From Clostridia bacterium (GTDB taxonomy: Bacteria; Bacillota; Clostridia; TANB77; CAG-508), in assembly GCA_045593405.1 (NCBI GenBank), contig JAZNWN010000023.1, positions 38,662 to 102,661 on the forward strand: DNA of 64,000 bases. Reading direction: 5' to 3'. The notes under the pieces are model-generated. The model searched no databases. It saw nothing but the letters and a program-made list of their open reading frames with translations, and was not told where the DNA came from. Of this stretch, positions 29,761 through 40,458 are shown piece after piece; within the stretch, counting starts at the first letter, position 1; the number at the start of each line of letters is the position of its first letter. Position numbers and translations under genes: made by a program.

Positions 29761-30468
29761 ATGTTAAGTCAATTTTCAAGAACGGAAATGTTAATAGGAA
29801 AAGAAAATCTAGAAAAATTAAAAAATGCAAAAGTTGCAATATTTGGAATTGGTGGAGTTGGTTCTTTTGTTGTAGAGGGCTTAGCAAGAGCAGGAGTAGG
29901 GAATTTTATACTAGTAGATAATGATAAAGTTGAAGAAAGTAATTTAAATAGACAAATAATAGCAACAACTAAAACAATTGGAAAACTAAAAGTAGAAGTT
30001 TGCAAGGAAAGAATTTTAGAAATAAATCCAGATGCAAATATAGAAATATACCCAGAATTTTTTATGCCAGAAACTCCAGACATTTTTAATAATACAGTTG
30101 ATTATATAATAGATGCTATAGACACAGTTACTGCTAAAATAGAATTAGTCTTAAGAGCAAATAAATTAAATATTCCAATAATATCTAGTATGGGGACAGG
30201 AAATAAAATTGATCCAACAAAGTTTGAAATATCAGATATCTATAAAACAAGTGTGTGTCCACTTGCAAAGGTAATGAGAAAAGAGCTAAAAACAAGAGGA
30301 ATAAAAAAACTTAAAGTAGTATATTCGAAAGAAGAACCAGTAAAAATAAGTAATGCTGAAGGGACAAAAAAACAAAAACCAGGAAGTATTTCGTTTGTAC
30401 CATCTGTTGCGGGTCTAATGATTGCAGGAGAAGTGGTAAAAGACCTTGCTATTTTTAAATCTTTGTGA
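29761..30468 (+). CDS. tcdA: tRNA threonylcarbamoyladenosine dehydratase (ThiF family)
   Basis: FGIGGVGS, SNLNRQ, SSMGTGNK, CPLAKVMRK, GSISFVP. Confidence 0.9.
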   Translation: MLSQFSRTEMLIGKENLEKLKNAKVAIFGIGGVGSFVVEGLARAGVGNFILVDNDKVEESNLNRQIIATTKTIGKLKVEVCKERILEINPDANIEIYPEFFMPETPDIFNNTVDYIIDAIDTVTAKIELVLRANKLNIPIISSMGTGNKIDPTKFEISDIYKTSVCPLAKVMRKELKTRGIKKLKVVYSKEEPVKISNAEGTKKQKPGSISFVPSVAGLMIAGEVVKDLAIFKSL

Positions 30469-30515
30469 TAAAATTTTATACATTGTTAGAAAATAAAAGG
30501 AGTGAAATTAAGTTT

Positions 30516-32096
30516 ATGAGTGAAAACAAAAAATTTTATATAACAACACCAATTTATTATCCAAGTGGAAGATTTCACATAGGAACATCATACACAACAA
30601 CACTTGCGTATACAATAAAAAAATATAGACAACTAAGAGGGTATGATGCATATATGCTAACAGGTTTAGATGAGCATGGTCAAAAAATTCAAGAGGTTGC
30701 TATATCTAGAGGAAAAACGCCTCAAGAACATGTTGATGAAATGGCTAAGGCTGCAAAAGAATTATGGGCAAAAATGAAACTTGAATATGACGATTTTATT
30801 AGAACTACAGATCCTAGACATGAAAAAGTTGTAGAACAAATATTTACAAAATTCATGGAAAATGGTGATATATATAAAGGAGAATATGAAGGCTGGTATT
30901 GCACTCCTTGCGAAACATTTTTTACACCAACACAATTAGTAGATGGGAAATGTCCTGATTGTGGTAGGGAAGTAAAAATGATGAAGGAAGAAGCATACTT
31001 TTTCAACATGAAAAAGTACCAAGATAGATTAGTAAAATTCTATGAAGAAAATCCGCATTTTATAGATCCAGAATTTAGAAAAAATGAGATATTTAATAAC
31101 TTTATAAAACCTGGATTAGAAGACTTATGCGTTACTCGTACAAGTTTTGATTGGGGAATTAAAGTAAAAGGTGACGAGAAACACGTTGTATATGTTTGGC
31201 TAGATGCACTTACAAACTATATTACAGCATTAGGATATATGTCAGATGATGAAACAAAATTTAATAAATATTGGCCTGCTGACTTACAAATAGTTGGAAA
31301 AGATATAATTAGATTCCATGGTATATATTGGCCAATATTCTTAATGGCATTAGATTTACCAATACCTAAAAAATTACTAGTACATGGATGGATAATGATG
31401 AAAGATGGTAAAATGTCTAAGTCTAAAGGAAATGTTATATATCCAGAAACATTAATAGATAGATATGGTTTAGATGCTACCAAATATTTCTTACTTAAAG
31501 AATTAAATGGAGGACAAGATGGCGTATTTACTCCAGAAGGTTTTGTAGAAAGATATAATTCAGAATTATGTAATGACCTAGGAAATCTATTAAATAGAAC
31601 AATAGGAATGCTTAACAAATATTTTGGAGGAGTAATTCCAGAGAGGCCTAACAAGATAACAGATTTAGATAAAGAATTAGAAAACTTTATAGAAAACCAA
31701 ATAAAGCTTGTTGAGTCAGAAATGGATGAATCACATGTTACAAGTGGCCTAGATGAAATATGGAAAATAATTTCAAGAGCTAATAAATATATAGACGAAA
31801 CAATGCCTTGGACATTATTTAAAGAAGAAAAAACAGAAGAATTATCAGATGTAATGTACCACTTAGTTGAAACATTAAGAAAGGTTGCAATATTAATTAT
31901 GCCATGCATGGAAGAAACTTCTGTAAGTATGTTTAAGCAATTAGGAATAAAAAATGAAACTTTTAAAACTTGGGAAAGTGTTAAAGAAAACGCAGAAATG
32001 AAAGACTTAAAAGTAGTAGAAAAAGGTGAACCGATATTTGTAAGGCTAGACCTAGAACAAGAAACAGAATTCCTAAAGAATGAAATGAGTAAATAA
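30516..32096 (+). CDS. metG: Methionine-tRNA ligase (short form)
   Basis: YITTPIYY, HIG, GLDEHG, KMSKS; lacks the C-terminal tRNA-binding extension. Confidence 0.97.
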   Translation: MSENKKFYITTPIYYPSGRFHIGTSYTTTLAYTIKKYRQLRGYDAYMLTGLDEHGQKIQEVAISRGKTPQEHVDEMAKAAKELWAKMKLEYDDFIRTTDPRHEKVVEQIFTKFMENGDIYKGEYEGWYCTPCETFFTPTQLVDGKCPDCGREVKMMKEEAYFFNMKKYQDRLVKFYEENPHFIDPEFRKNEIFNNFIKPGLEDLCVTRTSFDWGIKVKGDEKHVVYVWLDALTNYITALGYMSDDETKFNKYWPADLQIVGKDIIRFHGIYWPIFLMALDLPIPKKLLVHGWIMMKDGKMSKSKGNVIYPETLIDRYGLDATKYFLLKELNGGQDGVFTPEGFVERYNSELCNDLGNLLNRTIGMLNKYFGGVIPERPNKITDLDKELENFIENQIKLVESEMDESHVTSGLDEIWKIISRANKYIDETMPWTLFKEEKTEELSDVMYHLVETLRKVAILIMPCMEETSVSMFKQLGIKNETFKTWESVKENAEMKDLKVVEKGEPIFVRLDLEQETEFLKNEMSK

Positions 32097-32212
32097 CATA
32101 AAAATAAATCCTATGAGAATGGGATTTATTTTTTTAAAATAGTGTAAATTATAACATAATATGATATAATTCTACTAGATTTTACAAAAGACAGAAAATA
32201 AAAACAGGTGAA

Positions 32213-32467
32213 ATGATGAGTAAAATATATAAAGAGTTAAATAAATCAGAAACAGAAACTACGATAAATGTATTATATGGAGAAAATAAGTTATCAATTT
32301 ATACAAACAAGGTTCCTTTACAAAAAGAATTGAACAAAATATTAGGAGAGCCTACAAAAGAATACAAAATAAAAAGGTCTATTGTAGGAAGCTATTGGGA
32401 TATAAATTTAAATGAAAAACAAAAAATATCAAAAATGGTGCTAAAAGCAAATATTTTTGAACTATAA
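32213..32467 (+). CDS. Hypothetical protein
   Basis: 84-aa ORF with RBS-like AGGTG and an upstream TATAAT. Confidence 0.6.
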   Translation: MMSKIYKELNKSETETTINVLYGENKLSIYTNKVPLQKELNKILGEPTKEYKIKRSIVGSYWDINLNEKQKISKMVLKANIFEL

Positions 32468-32535
32468 AAATTAAAAAGATATCTAAAATGAATTGACAAT
32501 ACCTAATTTAATATGTTAAACTATTTACATATTTT

Positions 32536-32656
32536 AGGAGTGTACCTAGCAAATTAAATGCAAGCGGTACAGAGCAACAAACAGTTGCTTACACAGAAGT
32601 AAGATAAAGGTCTTATGGAGGAGTCTTAATAAAGATTTTTCCATGAGCCTTTTTTA
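32536..32656 (+). ncRNA. ykkC-like riboswitch variant with overlapping terminator
   Basis: GTGTACC..AGCGGTACA P1, gcaac/gttgc stem, ACAC..TAAGATAAAGGTCTTA..GGAG P3; terminator ending ccatgagcctttttt; promoter TTGACA at 32493. Confidence 0.6.
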
Positions 32657-32675
32657 GTTATAAGGGGGAATTGAA

Positions 32676-33218
32676 ATGAACAATAAAGGTACAGTGGTTT
32701 TAGAAACAGAAAGATTAATTTTAAGAAAATTTAAATTAGAGGATGTAGAAGAAATTTTTAAAAATTGGGGTAGTGATGATGAAGTTACTAAATATGTAAG
32801 ATGGTCTACTCATAAAACAATTGAAGATACAAAAGAGTACCTAGAAAATGTTATGCAAAAATATGAGAATGACGAATTTGAATGGGCATTAACTTTGAAA
32901 GATACAGGAGAACTCATTGGAGCAATGGGTACATTTGTTAGTGAAGATGATAGAATTGAAATAGGATATAATACTGCAAGAAAACATTGGAGAAATGGAT
33001 ATACAACAGAAGCATTAAGAGCAGTAATGAATTATTTAATTAACGAAGTGGGAATTAGAAGATTTAGGTGTTCACATGCAAAGTTAAATCCCGCTTCTGG
33101 AGCAGTTATGCAAAAAGTTGGCTTTAAATATGTTAAAGATGAATATGTTGAAAAATTTGATAAAAGTGCAATATTTGACACAAAAGTTTATTATTTAGAT
33201 ATAGAGGATAATGTTTGA
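32676..33218 (+). CDS. RimJ/RimL-type GNAT acetyltransferase
   Basis: LETERLILRKF, EIGY..WRNGYTTEA, NPASGAVMQKVGF. Confidence 0.9.
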   Translation: MNNKGTVVLETERLILRKFKLEDVEEIFKNWGSDDEVTKYVRWSTHKTIEDTKEYLENVMQKYENDEFEWALTLKDTGELIGAMGTFVSEDDRIEIGYNTARKHWRNGYTTEALRAVMNYLINEVGIRRFRCSHAKLNPASGAVMQKVGFKYVKDEYVEKFDKSAIFDTKVYYLDIEDNV

Positions 33219-33400
33219 TGGAACAGTATAAAATATTAAAAGATTTAATAAGTTTTAACACAATAAAAGATAAAGAAAATAAAGAAATAATTAATTATAT
33301 AGAAGAATACTTAATAAATTTAGGCTTTATAACTGAATATGAAAGTTACAATAAATTAATAGAACAATACAAACAATTAATAATTGAATTTTGCAAGTAA
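33215..33400 (+). pseudogene. Internally deleted M20/ArgE-like peptidase remnant
   Basis: N-terminal ILKDLISFNT..IINYIEEYL..LGF appears fused to a terminal-type helix; no catalytic motifs. Confidence 0.45.
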
Positions 33401-33505
33401 AGCAATTTATTTTTAAATACAGTATGACATAATGAAAAATATTATTTTAACAAAACAAGCACTCCTTTCATATTATATACAAAAAAATGAAGGGAGTTTT
33501 TAATT

Positions 33506-34208
33506 ATGAATTATGAAATAATGATGAATGGTAATGTTAAAATAGGAGAGATGGCTCCGGATTTTGAAGCACTAACAACTTGTGGAAATATAAAACTAAG
33601 TGATTTTAGAGGGAAATGGGTTGTTTTATTTTCACATCCGCGGAGATTTTACCCCCGTATGTACCACAGAGTTTATTGCTTTTGCAAAATCTAATACATA
33701 TTTTAATAAATTAAATGCACATTTAATTGGTTTAAGTATAGATAGTAATCCATCACATTTAGCATGGATATATGATATTTACCAAAAAACAGGAATAGAA
33801 ATTCCTTTTCCAGTAATTGCAGATAGAAGTGGAGAAATTGCAAGAAAATATGGAATGTTATCTACAGTTCCTAGTAAAACAGAAACTGTTAGGAATGTTT
33901 TTATTATTGATGATAAAGGAGTTATTAGAGTGATTCTTACATATCCTTTAAATGTAGGTAGATGTATTCCAGAAATATTAAGAATAATAGAGGCATTGCA
34001 AACTGCAGATTGCAATGATGCAGCAATTCCAGCAAACTGGGTTCCAGGAGAACCAATTATAGTTCCTAAACCTAATACTTTTTATGAATTACAACAAAGA
34101 GCAGAAGAAATTCAAAAAAATAAAAATGGAATGAGCTGGTATTTAAGTTTTAAAAAACCATCTGAAAAATGTGAAAATATACCAGAAGAGCGTAAATGTC
34201 ATGATTAA
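33506..34208 (+). CDS. 1-Cys-type peroxiredoxin, +1 shift at CGG 33641
   Basis: GKWVVLFSHP|GDFTPVCTTEF...YPLNVGR...PANW. Confidence 0.9.
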
Positions 34209-34285
34209 AAATAAACATTATTCATAAGTTTATTATTGACCAAATTTGCACATACTATTTATATAAATTTAAGGAGGTTTTTAAT

Positions 34286-34453
34286 ATGAATAAGAATCAA
34301 AGAATAAAATGTAATGTTGCAAGTTGTAAATTCAATAATGAAACAGCAAAAATGTGTGAATTAGAAGAAATATTAGTAAGCTATTGTAAAGGATGTGGGA
34401 ACGGTAAAGCTGAAGATGAGTCTATGTGTGACAGTTATGAATGTAAACATTAA
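34286..34453 (+). CDS. DUF1540-like Cys-rich small protein
   Basis: MNKNQRIKCNVASCKFN..CELEEI...MCDSYE; AAGGAGG RBS; too short for the ORF track. Confidence 0.75.
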   Translation: MNKNQRIKCNVASCKFNNETAKMCELEEILVSYCKGCGNGKAEDESMCDSYECKH

Positions 34454-34462
34454 AGGGGCTTT

Positions 34463-34487
34463 TAGGGGGCGCAGCCTTCGGCGCCCC
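34463..34487 (+). repeat. REP hairpin
   Basis: tagggggcgcagccttcggcgcccc. Confidence 0.55.
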
Positions 34488-34566
34488 ATTATTAATTTAT
34501 ATACATATTTAAATTTTTCTTGACAATATATAAATTTAGAAATAAAATACCCATATAAAAATGTAG

Positions 34567-35508
<942 letters not shown>

Positions 35509-35510
35509 TA

Positions 35511-35530
35511 AAAGACCCTTAAGGGTCTTT
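35511..35530. terminator. Bidirectional terminator fba/smpB
   Basis: aaagacccttaagggtcttt palindrome. Confidence 0.75.
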
Positions 35531-35538
35531 TATTATAT

Positions 35539-35982
35539 TTATTTATCTACACTTTGAAGCATCCTTATTTGTGCGTCTTTTTTTGCAATATCTTGTCGTT
35601 TATCATATAGTTTTTTACCTTTACCAATTCCAAGTTCAACTTTTACGTAATTTCTTTTAAAATACAATGAAATAGGAACTAAAGAATAACCTTTTTGCTT
35701 GATTAGCCCAAAAAGTCTATTAATTTCTTTGCGAGTTACTAATAATTTTCTGTCTCTTAATGGGTCTTTATTATAGATATTTCCAAATTCATAAGGACTA
35801 ATATGTAAATTATAAATATAAAGTTCACCATTTTTTATACCGGCATAACAATCCTTTAAATTAACTTTTCCATTTCGTATTGATTTTATTTCAGTGCCAG
35901 ATAAAACAATGCCAGTTTCTATAGTATCCTCAATTGTATAGTTATGTCTTGCTGTGGGATTTTTAGCTATTAATTTATTCAT
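35539..35982 (-). CDS. smpB: SsrA-binding protein
   Basis: [30 protein letters not shown]. Confidence 0.97.
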   Translation of the reverse strand: MNKLIAKNPTARHNYTIEDTIETGIVLSGTEIKSIRNGKVNLKDCYAGIKNGELYIYNLHISPYEFGNIYNKDPLRDRKLLVTRKEINRLFGLIKQKGYSLVPISLYFKRNYVKVELGIGKGKKLYDKRQDIAKKDAQIRMLQSVDK

Positions 35983-36081
35983 AAAATATTCCTTTCTTAG
36001 TATAATGGTTTTACATTCAAAAAATAAATATGATATATTAGTATATCATATTTATTTTAAAAAGTATAGAATTAATATGAA

Positions 36082-36504
36082 TTAATCAACTCTATTTTGA
36101 GAACCGTAATACCAAACTAGACCAACTATAACAATTGCAGCAATTGCTAATATAACCCATACCCACATAGTTGTAGTATCTGTACCAATTGCTCCAGCAG
36201 TATCACGAGTAGTAGCAGTTCTAGCAGCTGTATAATCATCAGTAACAGTACCAGCATTAGCAAAGTCATCAGTTCCAGTGTTTATATCATCATCCATATT
36301 TAGGGCACCTTCAATGCCATTTTCAAGATTTCCAACTCCATTTCTAACATCACTTGCTAAATTACTTACTCCATCAACTACAGTATTAGTACCCGAGCTA
36401 ATTGCATCTTTTACATTGTTTGCAGTATTAGTTGCAAAACATATGTTAGAAATGCATATAATACAAAATACTATAAATAATATAATTAAATTTCTTTTTA
36501 GCAT
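36082..36504 (-). CDS. Hypothetical secreted/membrane protein
   Basis: Signal-like N-terminus, low-complexity T/D/N middle, C-terminal TM helix. Confidence 0.65.
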   Translation of the reverse strand: MLKRNLIILFIVFCIICISNICFATNTANNVKDAISSGTNTVVDGVSNLASDVRNGVGNLENGIEGALNMDDDINTGTDDFANAGTVTDDYTAARTATTRDTAGAIGTDTTTMWVWVILAIAAIVIVGLVWYYGSQNRVD

Positions 36505-36569
36505 AACTAAAAACCTCCTAAAATAAAATTCAATAATATTATTTATAAAAATATTAAAAATTATACATA

Positions 36570-36899
36570 TTATTTACATCTAATTAAGATTGCAATTGCT
36601 AAAAATATTAAAACAATACAAATAGCAATTAGAATAATATCAATAATATCAGACACACTCAAAGTACTATTAGAAACAGAAGATGAATGAGTTACTGTTG
36701 GTGCAGGATTTGTAACAATATTGGCATCTACATCTTCATTGTTTTGAGTAGCATTTCTGGTGGTATTTTCCGTTACTAAAATTTCATTATTATCAAGCGT
36801 ATGATTAGTTAAAAACATATCAATTGCGTGAACATATGAAAAAGAAAATATAAATAATGTGATTGCTATAATTATAAAAAATTTAAAACAAGTTTTCAT
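36570..36899 (-). CDS. Hypothetical secreted/membrane protein
   Basis: Same architecture as its neighbour; GGAGG RBS. Confidence 0.65.
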   Translation of the reverse strand: MKTCFKFFIIIAITLFIFSFSYVHAIDMFLTNHTLDNNEILVTENTTRNATQNNEDVDANIVTNPAPTVTHSSSVSNSTLSVSDIIDIILIAICIVLIFLAIAILIRCK

Positions 36900-37052
36900 T
36901 TGTAGCCTCCTCTAAAAAAATATATAATAATAATACACAATAATAATAAAAATGTCTATATTTTTTATGTTAGAATTATTATTTGTTTACTCTTTATTTT
37001 TACACTATTAAATGATATAATTTAGTTATATGGGAGTAACGAGGAAATAAAA

Positions 37053-37700
37053 ATTAAAAAAATATATATTGTATTAACATATACTGGAACAATATTATCA
37101 AAAATAATAAAAACATATACTGGAGATGAATTTGCTCATGTCTCATTATCCTTAGATGATGAATTAAAGCATATGTATAGTTTTGGTAGAGTAAATCCAT
37201 ATAATCCATTTATTGGTGGATTTATACATGAAGGTGTTGATAAAGGAACTTTTAAAAGATTTCAAAAAACAACAGCATCAATATATTCATTAGAAGTTAA
37301 TGACGAAGAATACGAGAAAATACAAACAACAATAAGGAAATTTCAGGAAGATGAAAAAACATATAAATTTAATGTTATTGGGCTTTTTGCAGTAGCATTA
37401 AACTTAAAAATACAAAAAAAGGATTCTTTTTATTGTGCGGAATTTGTAAAATATGTATTAGAAAATGCAGGGATAGAAACAAATTTACCAACAATTGTAA
37501 GACCGGATGATTTTAAAAATTTAGAAAATTTAAAATCAGAATATAAAGGAGTATTTAGAGAATATAAATCTAATAAAATAGAAAACAAAAAAAATGATTT
37601 CAAAAAAAATTTAGTTAATCAAGGTAAAAATTTAAATATAACAAATGAAATTCAGATAAATGGAATAAAAGAAAAAGAAGAAAGTGATGAAAGAGAATAA
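37053..37700 (+). CDS. Permuted papain-like amidase family protein (probable ATT start)
   Basis: Frame open upstream of 37173: IKKIYIVLTYTGTILS..FAHVSLSLD..MYSFGR, later FYCAEFV. Confidence 0.6.
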   Translation: MKKIYIVLTYTGTILSKIIKTYTGDEFAHVSLSLDDELKHMYSFGRVNPYNPFIGGFIHEGVDKGTFKRFQKTTASIYSLEVNDEEYEKIQTTIRKFQEDEKTYKFNVIGLFAVALNLKIQKKDSFYCAEFVKYVLENAGIETNLPTIVRPDDFKNLENLKSEYKGVFREYKSNKIENKKNDFKKNLVNQGKNLNITNEIQINGIKEKEESDERE

Positions 37701-37732
37701 CTAGTAACATTAATAATAAGCCAATAAAATTA

Positions 37733-38608
37733 TTATTGGCTTATTATTTTATTTATATCTTTAGGAAGAGAGGCTTCTAGAGATATTTTTTTATTAAAAA
37801 TAGGATGAATAAAACTCATTTTATAACTATGTAATGCCTGTCTATTGATTAGGTTTGATATGGTATTGCTATATAATGAATCTCCAAGTAAAGGGTTTCC
37901 AATGTGAGCCATATGGACTCTAATTTGGTGAGTTCTACCTGTTTCAAGAATACATTCAATTAATGAGTATGAATCAAATTCTTTAATAATTTTATAACGA
38001 GTTATAGCAGATTGACCATTATTTGAAACATACCTTTCTATAATAGAATTTTCCTTCCTACTAATTGGTGCATTAATAATACCCTTCTTTTCTTTTAAAT
38101 GACCTGATACAACAGCTAAATAAGTTTTTTCAAAAGAGGAAGAAGCCATTTGCCTAATTAAACATTCTTGAATATATTCATTTTTAGCAAATAAAACCAA
38201 TCCAGAGGTATTTAAATCTATTCTATTTATAGCACGTATTTTCTTTTTCAAACCAATAGTATCAAAATAATATTTTACACCATTTGCTAATGAATCATTA
38301 TAATGTAAAATAGATGGATGAACTGGTATACCTGCTGGCTTGTTTATAGCGAGAATATACTCATCTTCATATACAATTTGTAAATCCATTTGCATTGGAA
38401 TAATATTTGAGTTATCTTCTGAATAATTTAAATTAATTGTAAGAATATCTCCTATATGTGCAAGGCTTCTTGTATCAACAAAAATACCGTTTAGTAAAAT
38501 ATTTTTATTTTTGATTAATTTGTTTTTTAATCTAGCAGAAAGCTTTAGATGTTTAGTTAAAAAATCATTTATAATTATATTTTGTTCAACTTTAAATACT
38601 AAATCCAT
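37733..38608 (-). CDS. RluA/RluD family pseudouridine synthase
   Basis: S4-like N-terminus, NKPAG, NRIDLNTSG, ETGRTHQIRVH, GDSLY, LHS. Confidence 0.93.
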   Translation of the reverse strand: MDLVFKVEQNIIINDFLTKHLKLSARLKNKLIKNKNILLNGIFVDTRSLAHIGDILTINLNYSEDNSNIIPMQMDLQIVYEDEYILAINKPAGIPVHPSILHYNDSLANGVKYYFDTIGLKKKIRAINRIDLNTSGLVLFAKNEYIQECLIRQMASSSFEKTYLAVVSGHLKEKKGIINAPISRKENSIIERYVSNNGQSAITRYKIIKEFDSYSLIECILETGRTHQIRVHMAHIGNPLLGDSLYSNTISNLINRQALHSYKMSFIHPIFNKKISLEASLPKDINKIISQ

Positions 38609-38803
38609 TTTAATTCCTTTATATGTTTTTATGCTATTATACTATATTAAATTAGAAATTAGCAAATAATATTATTTAATGTACACACATATTACAATTT
38701 ATTAAAACAATAATTAATTGACATAATCTTGATATTGAGATATAATATTTAATGCTTCGCTAGTAGTATCTAGCAGAACTATTACTTAAAAAGGAGAATT
38801 GCT

Positions 38804-39118
38804 ATGGCAGTTAGAAACAATGTTACTTTGGAGGATGCAATTAAGATAAGAAAGAAAAGTGGTGTAAAATATCAACTTTGGAGTACACATGGAAATGTAA
38901 TTAACCATGTGGTTCCTACTGAAATTTTAGAAGGAAAAACAATTTCTGAAACTGTTGTAGTTTCTGAAATTGACAGACCGTTTTTATTGCTCTTAACCCT
39001 CGAAAGTGAAATGGGCACAACTCTGTGTAGAGCAGATGAAGTTACAGATTTTAAACAGTTGAAGGTAAAATATCCGCAACTGTTTGAAACTACAGGAGAT
39101 ATACTGGTAATAGTTTAG
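38804..39118 (+). CDS. Orphan hypothetical protein
   Basis: Own TTGACA/TATAAT promoter, AAGGAG RBS, terminator at 39122-39153. Confidence 0.65.
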   Translation: MAVRNNVTLEDAIKIRKKSGVKYQLWSTHGNVINHVVPTEILEGKTISETVVVSEIDRPFLLLLTLESEMGTTLCRADEVTDFKQLKVKYPQLFETTGDILVIV

Positions 39119-39241
39119 AAAAAAGCTCGAGGGCAATTGCCCACGAGCTTTTTATATATAAAAATATTGTTAAAAAATAATTGATATGATAAAATTAATC
39201 TAATTATTATAAATAAAAACAATAATAAAGGATAAATAGTT

Positions 39242-39751
39242 ATGCTAAGATTAGTAAAATTAGAAGAAAAATATAAAAAACAATTAGAAGAAATGATGGA
39301 AGAATGGTATAACAGTGAAGAAAAAATTGTTCCGTACGCTATTAGAAGAGTACACTATAAAAATTTTGAAGATTATTTAAAAAGTTTAGAAATAAAAGAT
39401 ATAACAGAAGATTGGGTTCCAGATTCTACATATTTTTGTATAGATACAGATAGAGATAGATTTGTTGGAGCTGTAAATATTAGACATTATCTTAATGAAA
39501 AACTATTGTTAGATATCGGACATATCGGTGATGGAGTAAGACCATCAGAAAGAAGAAAGGGAATGGCAACAAAAATGATTGGTTTGGCATTAATAGAATG
39601 CAAAAAGTTAGGAATAGATAAAGTTTTAATGGTATGCGACAAAGAAAATATAGGCTCTGCAAAGAGCATTCTAAATAATGGTGGAATACTAGAAAATGAA
39701 CTTTTAGTAAATGGTAAGTTGATTCAGAGATATTGGATTAATAATGATTAG
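39242..39751 (+). CDS. GNAT acetyltransferase
   Basis: VNIRHYLN, GHIGDGVRPSERRKG, NIGSAKSI..NGG. Confidence 0.88.
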   Translation: MLRLVKLEEKYKKQLEEMMEEWYNSEEKIVPYAIRRVHYKNFEDYLKSLEIKDITEDWVPDSTYFCIDTDRDRFVGAVNIRHYLNEKLLLDIGHIGDGVRPSERRKGMATKMIGLALIECKKLGIDKVLMVCDKENIGSAKSILNNGGILENELLVNGKLIQRYWINND

Positions 39752-39781
39752 AAATAAAATAATAAAAGGAGTAGATATATA

Positions 39782-40447
39782 ATGTCAAAAGCATGGGATT
39801 GGAAAAAAGAAAAAAATAAACAATACTGGGCAGATTGTCCTGCAGAAGAAAGCTATTATATGGCAAATAAATGGAAAGAAGAGGGAAAAATTAAGCTACT
39901 AGATTTGGGATGTGGTTTAGGAAGACATAGCATTTTATTTAGTAAATTAGGATTTGATGTAACTGCTATAGACTTATCAGAAACAGCAGTTGAATTTACA
40001 AAAAGAAGAATGATTGAAGAGAATTTAAATTTTAATATTCAAAAAGCTGATATGCAGGAGTTGCCGTTTAATGACAATACGTTTGACGCTATTTGGTCGT
40101 ATATGGTAATTTCACATACTGATAGTAAAGGTTTTAAAAAGATAATAGACGAAATAAAAAGAGTATCAAAGAAAGATGCAGGGATTTTTATTACTTTATG
40201 TTCAAAAGAAACTTGGTCCTATAAAGATGCAGGTTATCCAAAAATAGATGAAAATTCAATAATTAAAACAGGGGAAGGACCTGAAAAGGGAGTCATTCAT
40301 TACTATGTAGATTTAGATGATATATTAGAATTTATGAAAAATGACTTCGAAATTACAAGAATTAGACATATAGATAGTTGCTATTTTGATGGTAAAAAGC
40401 AAAATAGTAAACATTATTATATTGAAGCAATAATAAAGAAAAAATAA
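39782..40447 (+). CDS. Class I SAM-dependent methyltransferase
   Basis: [27 protein letters not shown]. Confidence 0.9.
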   Translation: MSKAWDWKKEKNKQYWADCPAEESYYMANKWKEEGKIKLLDLGCGLGRHSILFSKLGFDVTAIDLSETAVEFTKRRMIEENLNFNIQKADMQELPFNDNTFDAIWSYMVISHTDSKGFKKIIDEIKRVSKKDAGIFITLCSKETWSYKDAGYPKIDENSIIKTGEGPEKGVIHYYVDLDDILEFMKNDFEITRIRHIDSCYFDGKKQNSKHYYIEAIIKKK

Positions 40448-40458
40448 AGGGGAAAAAT

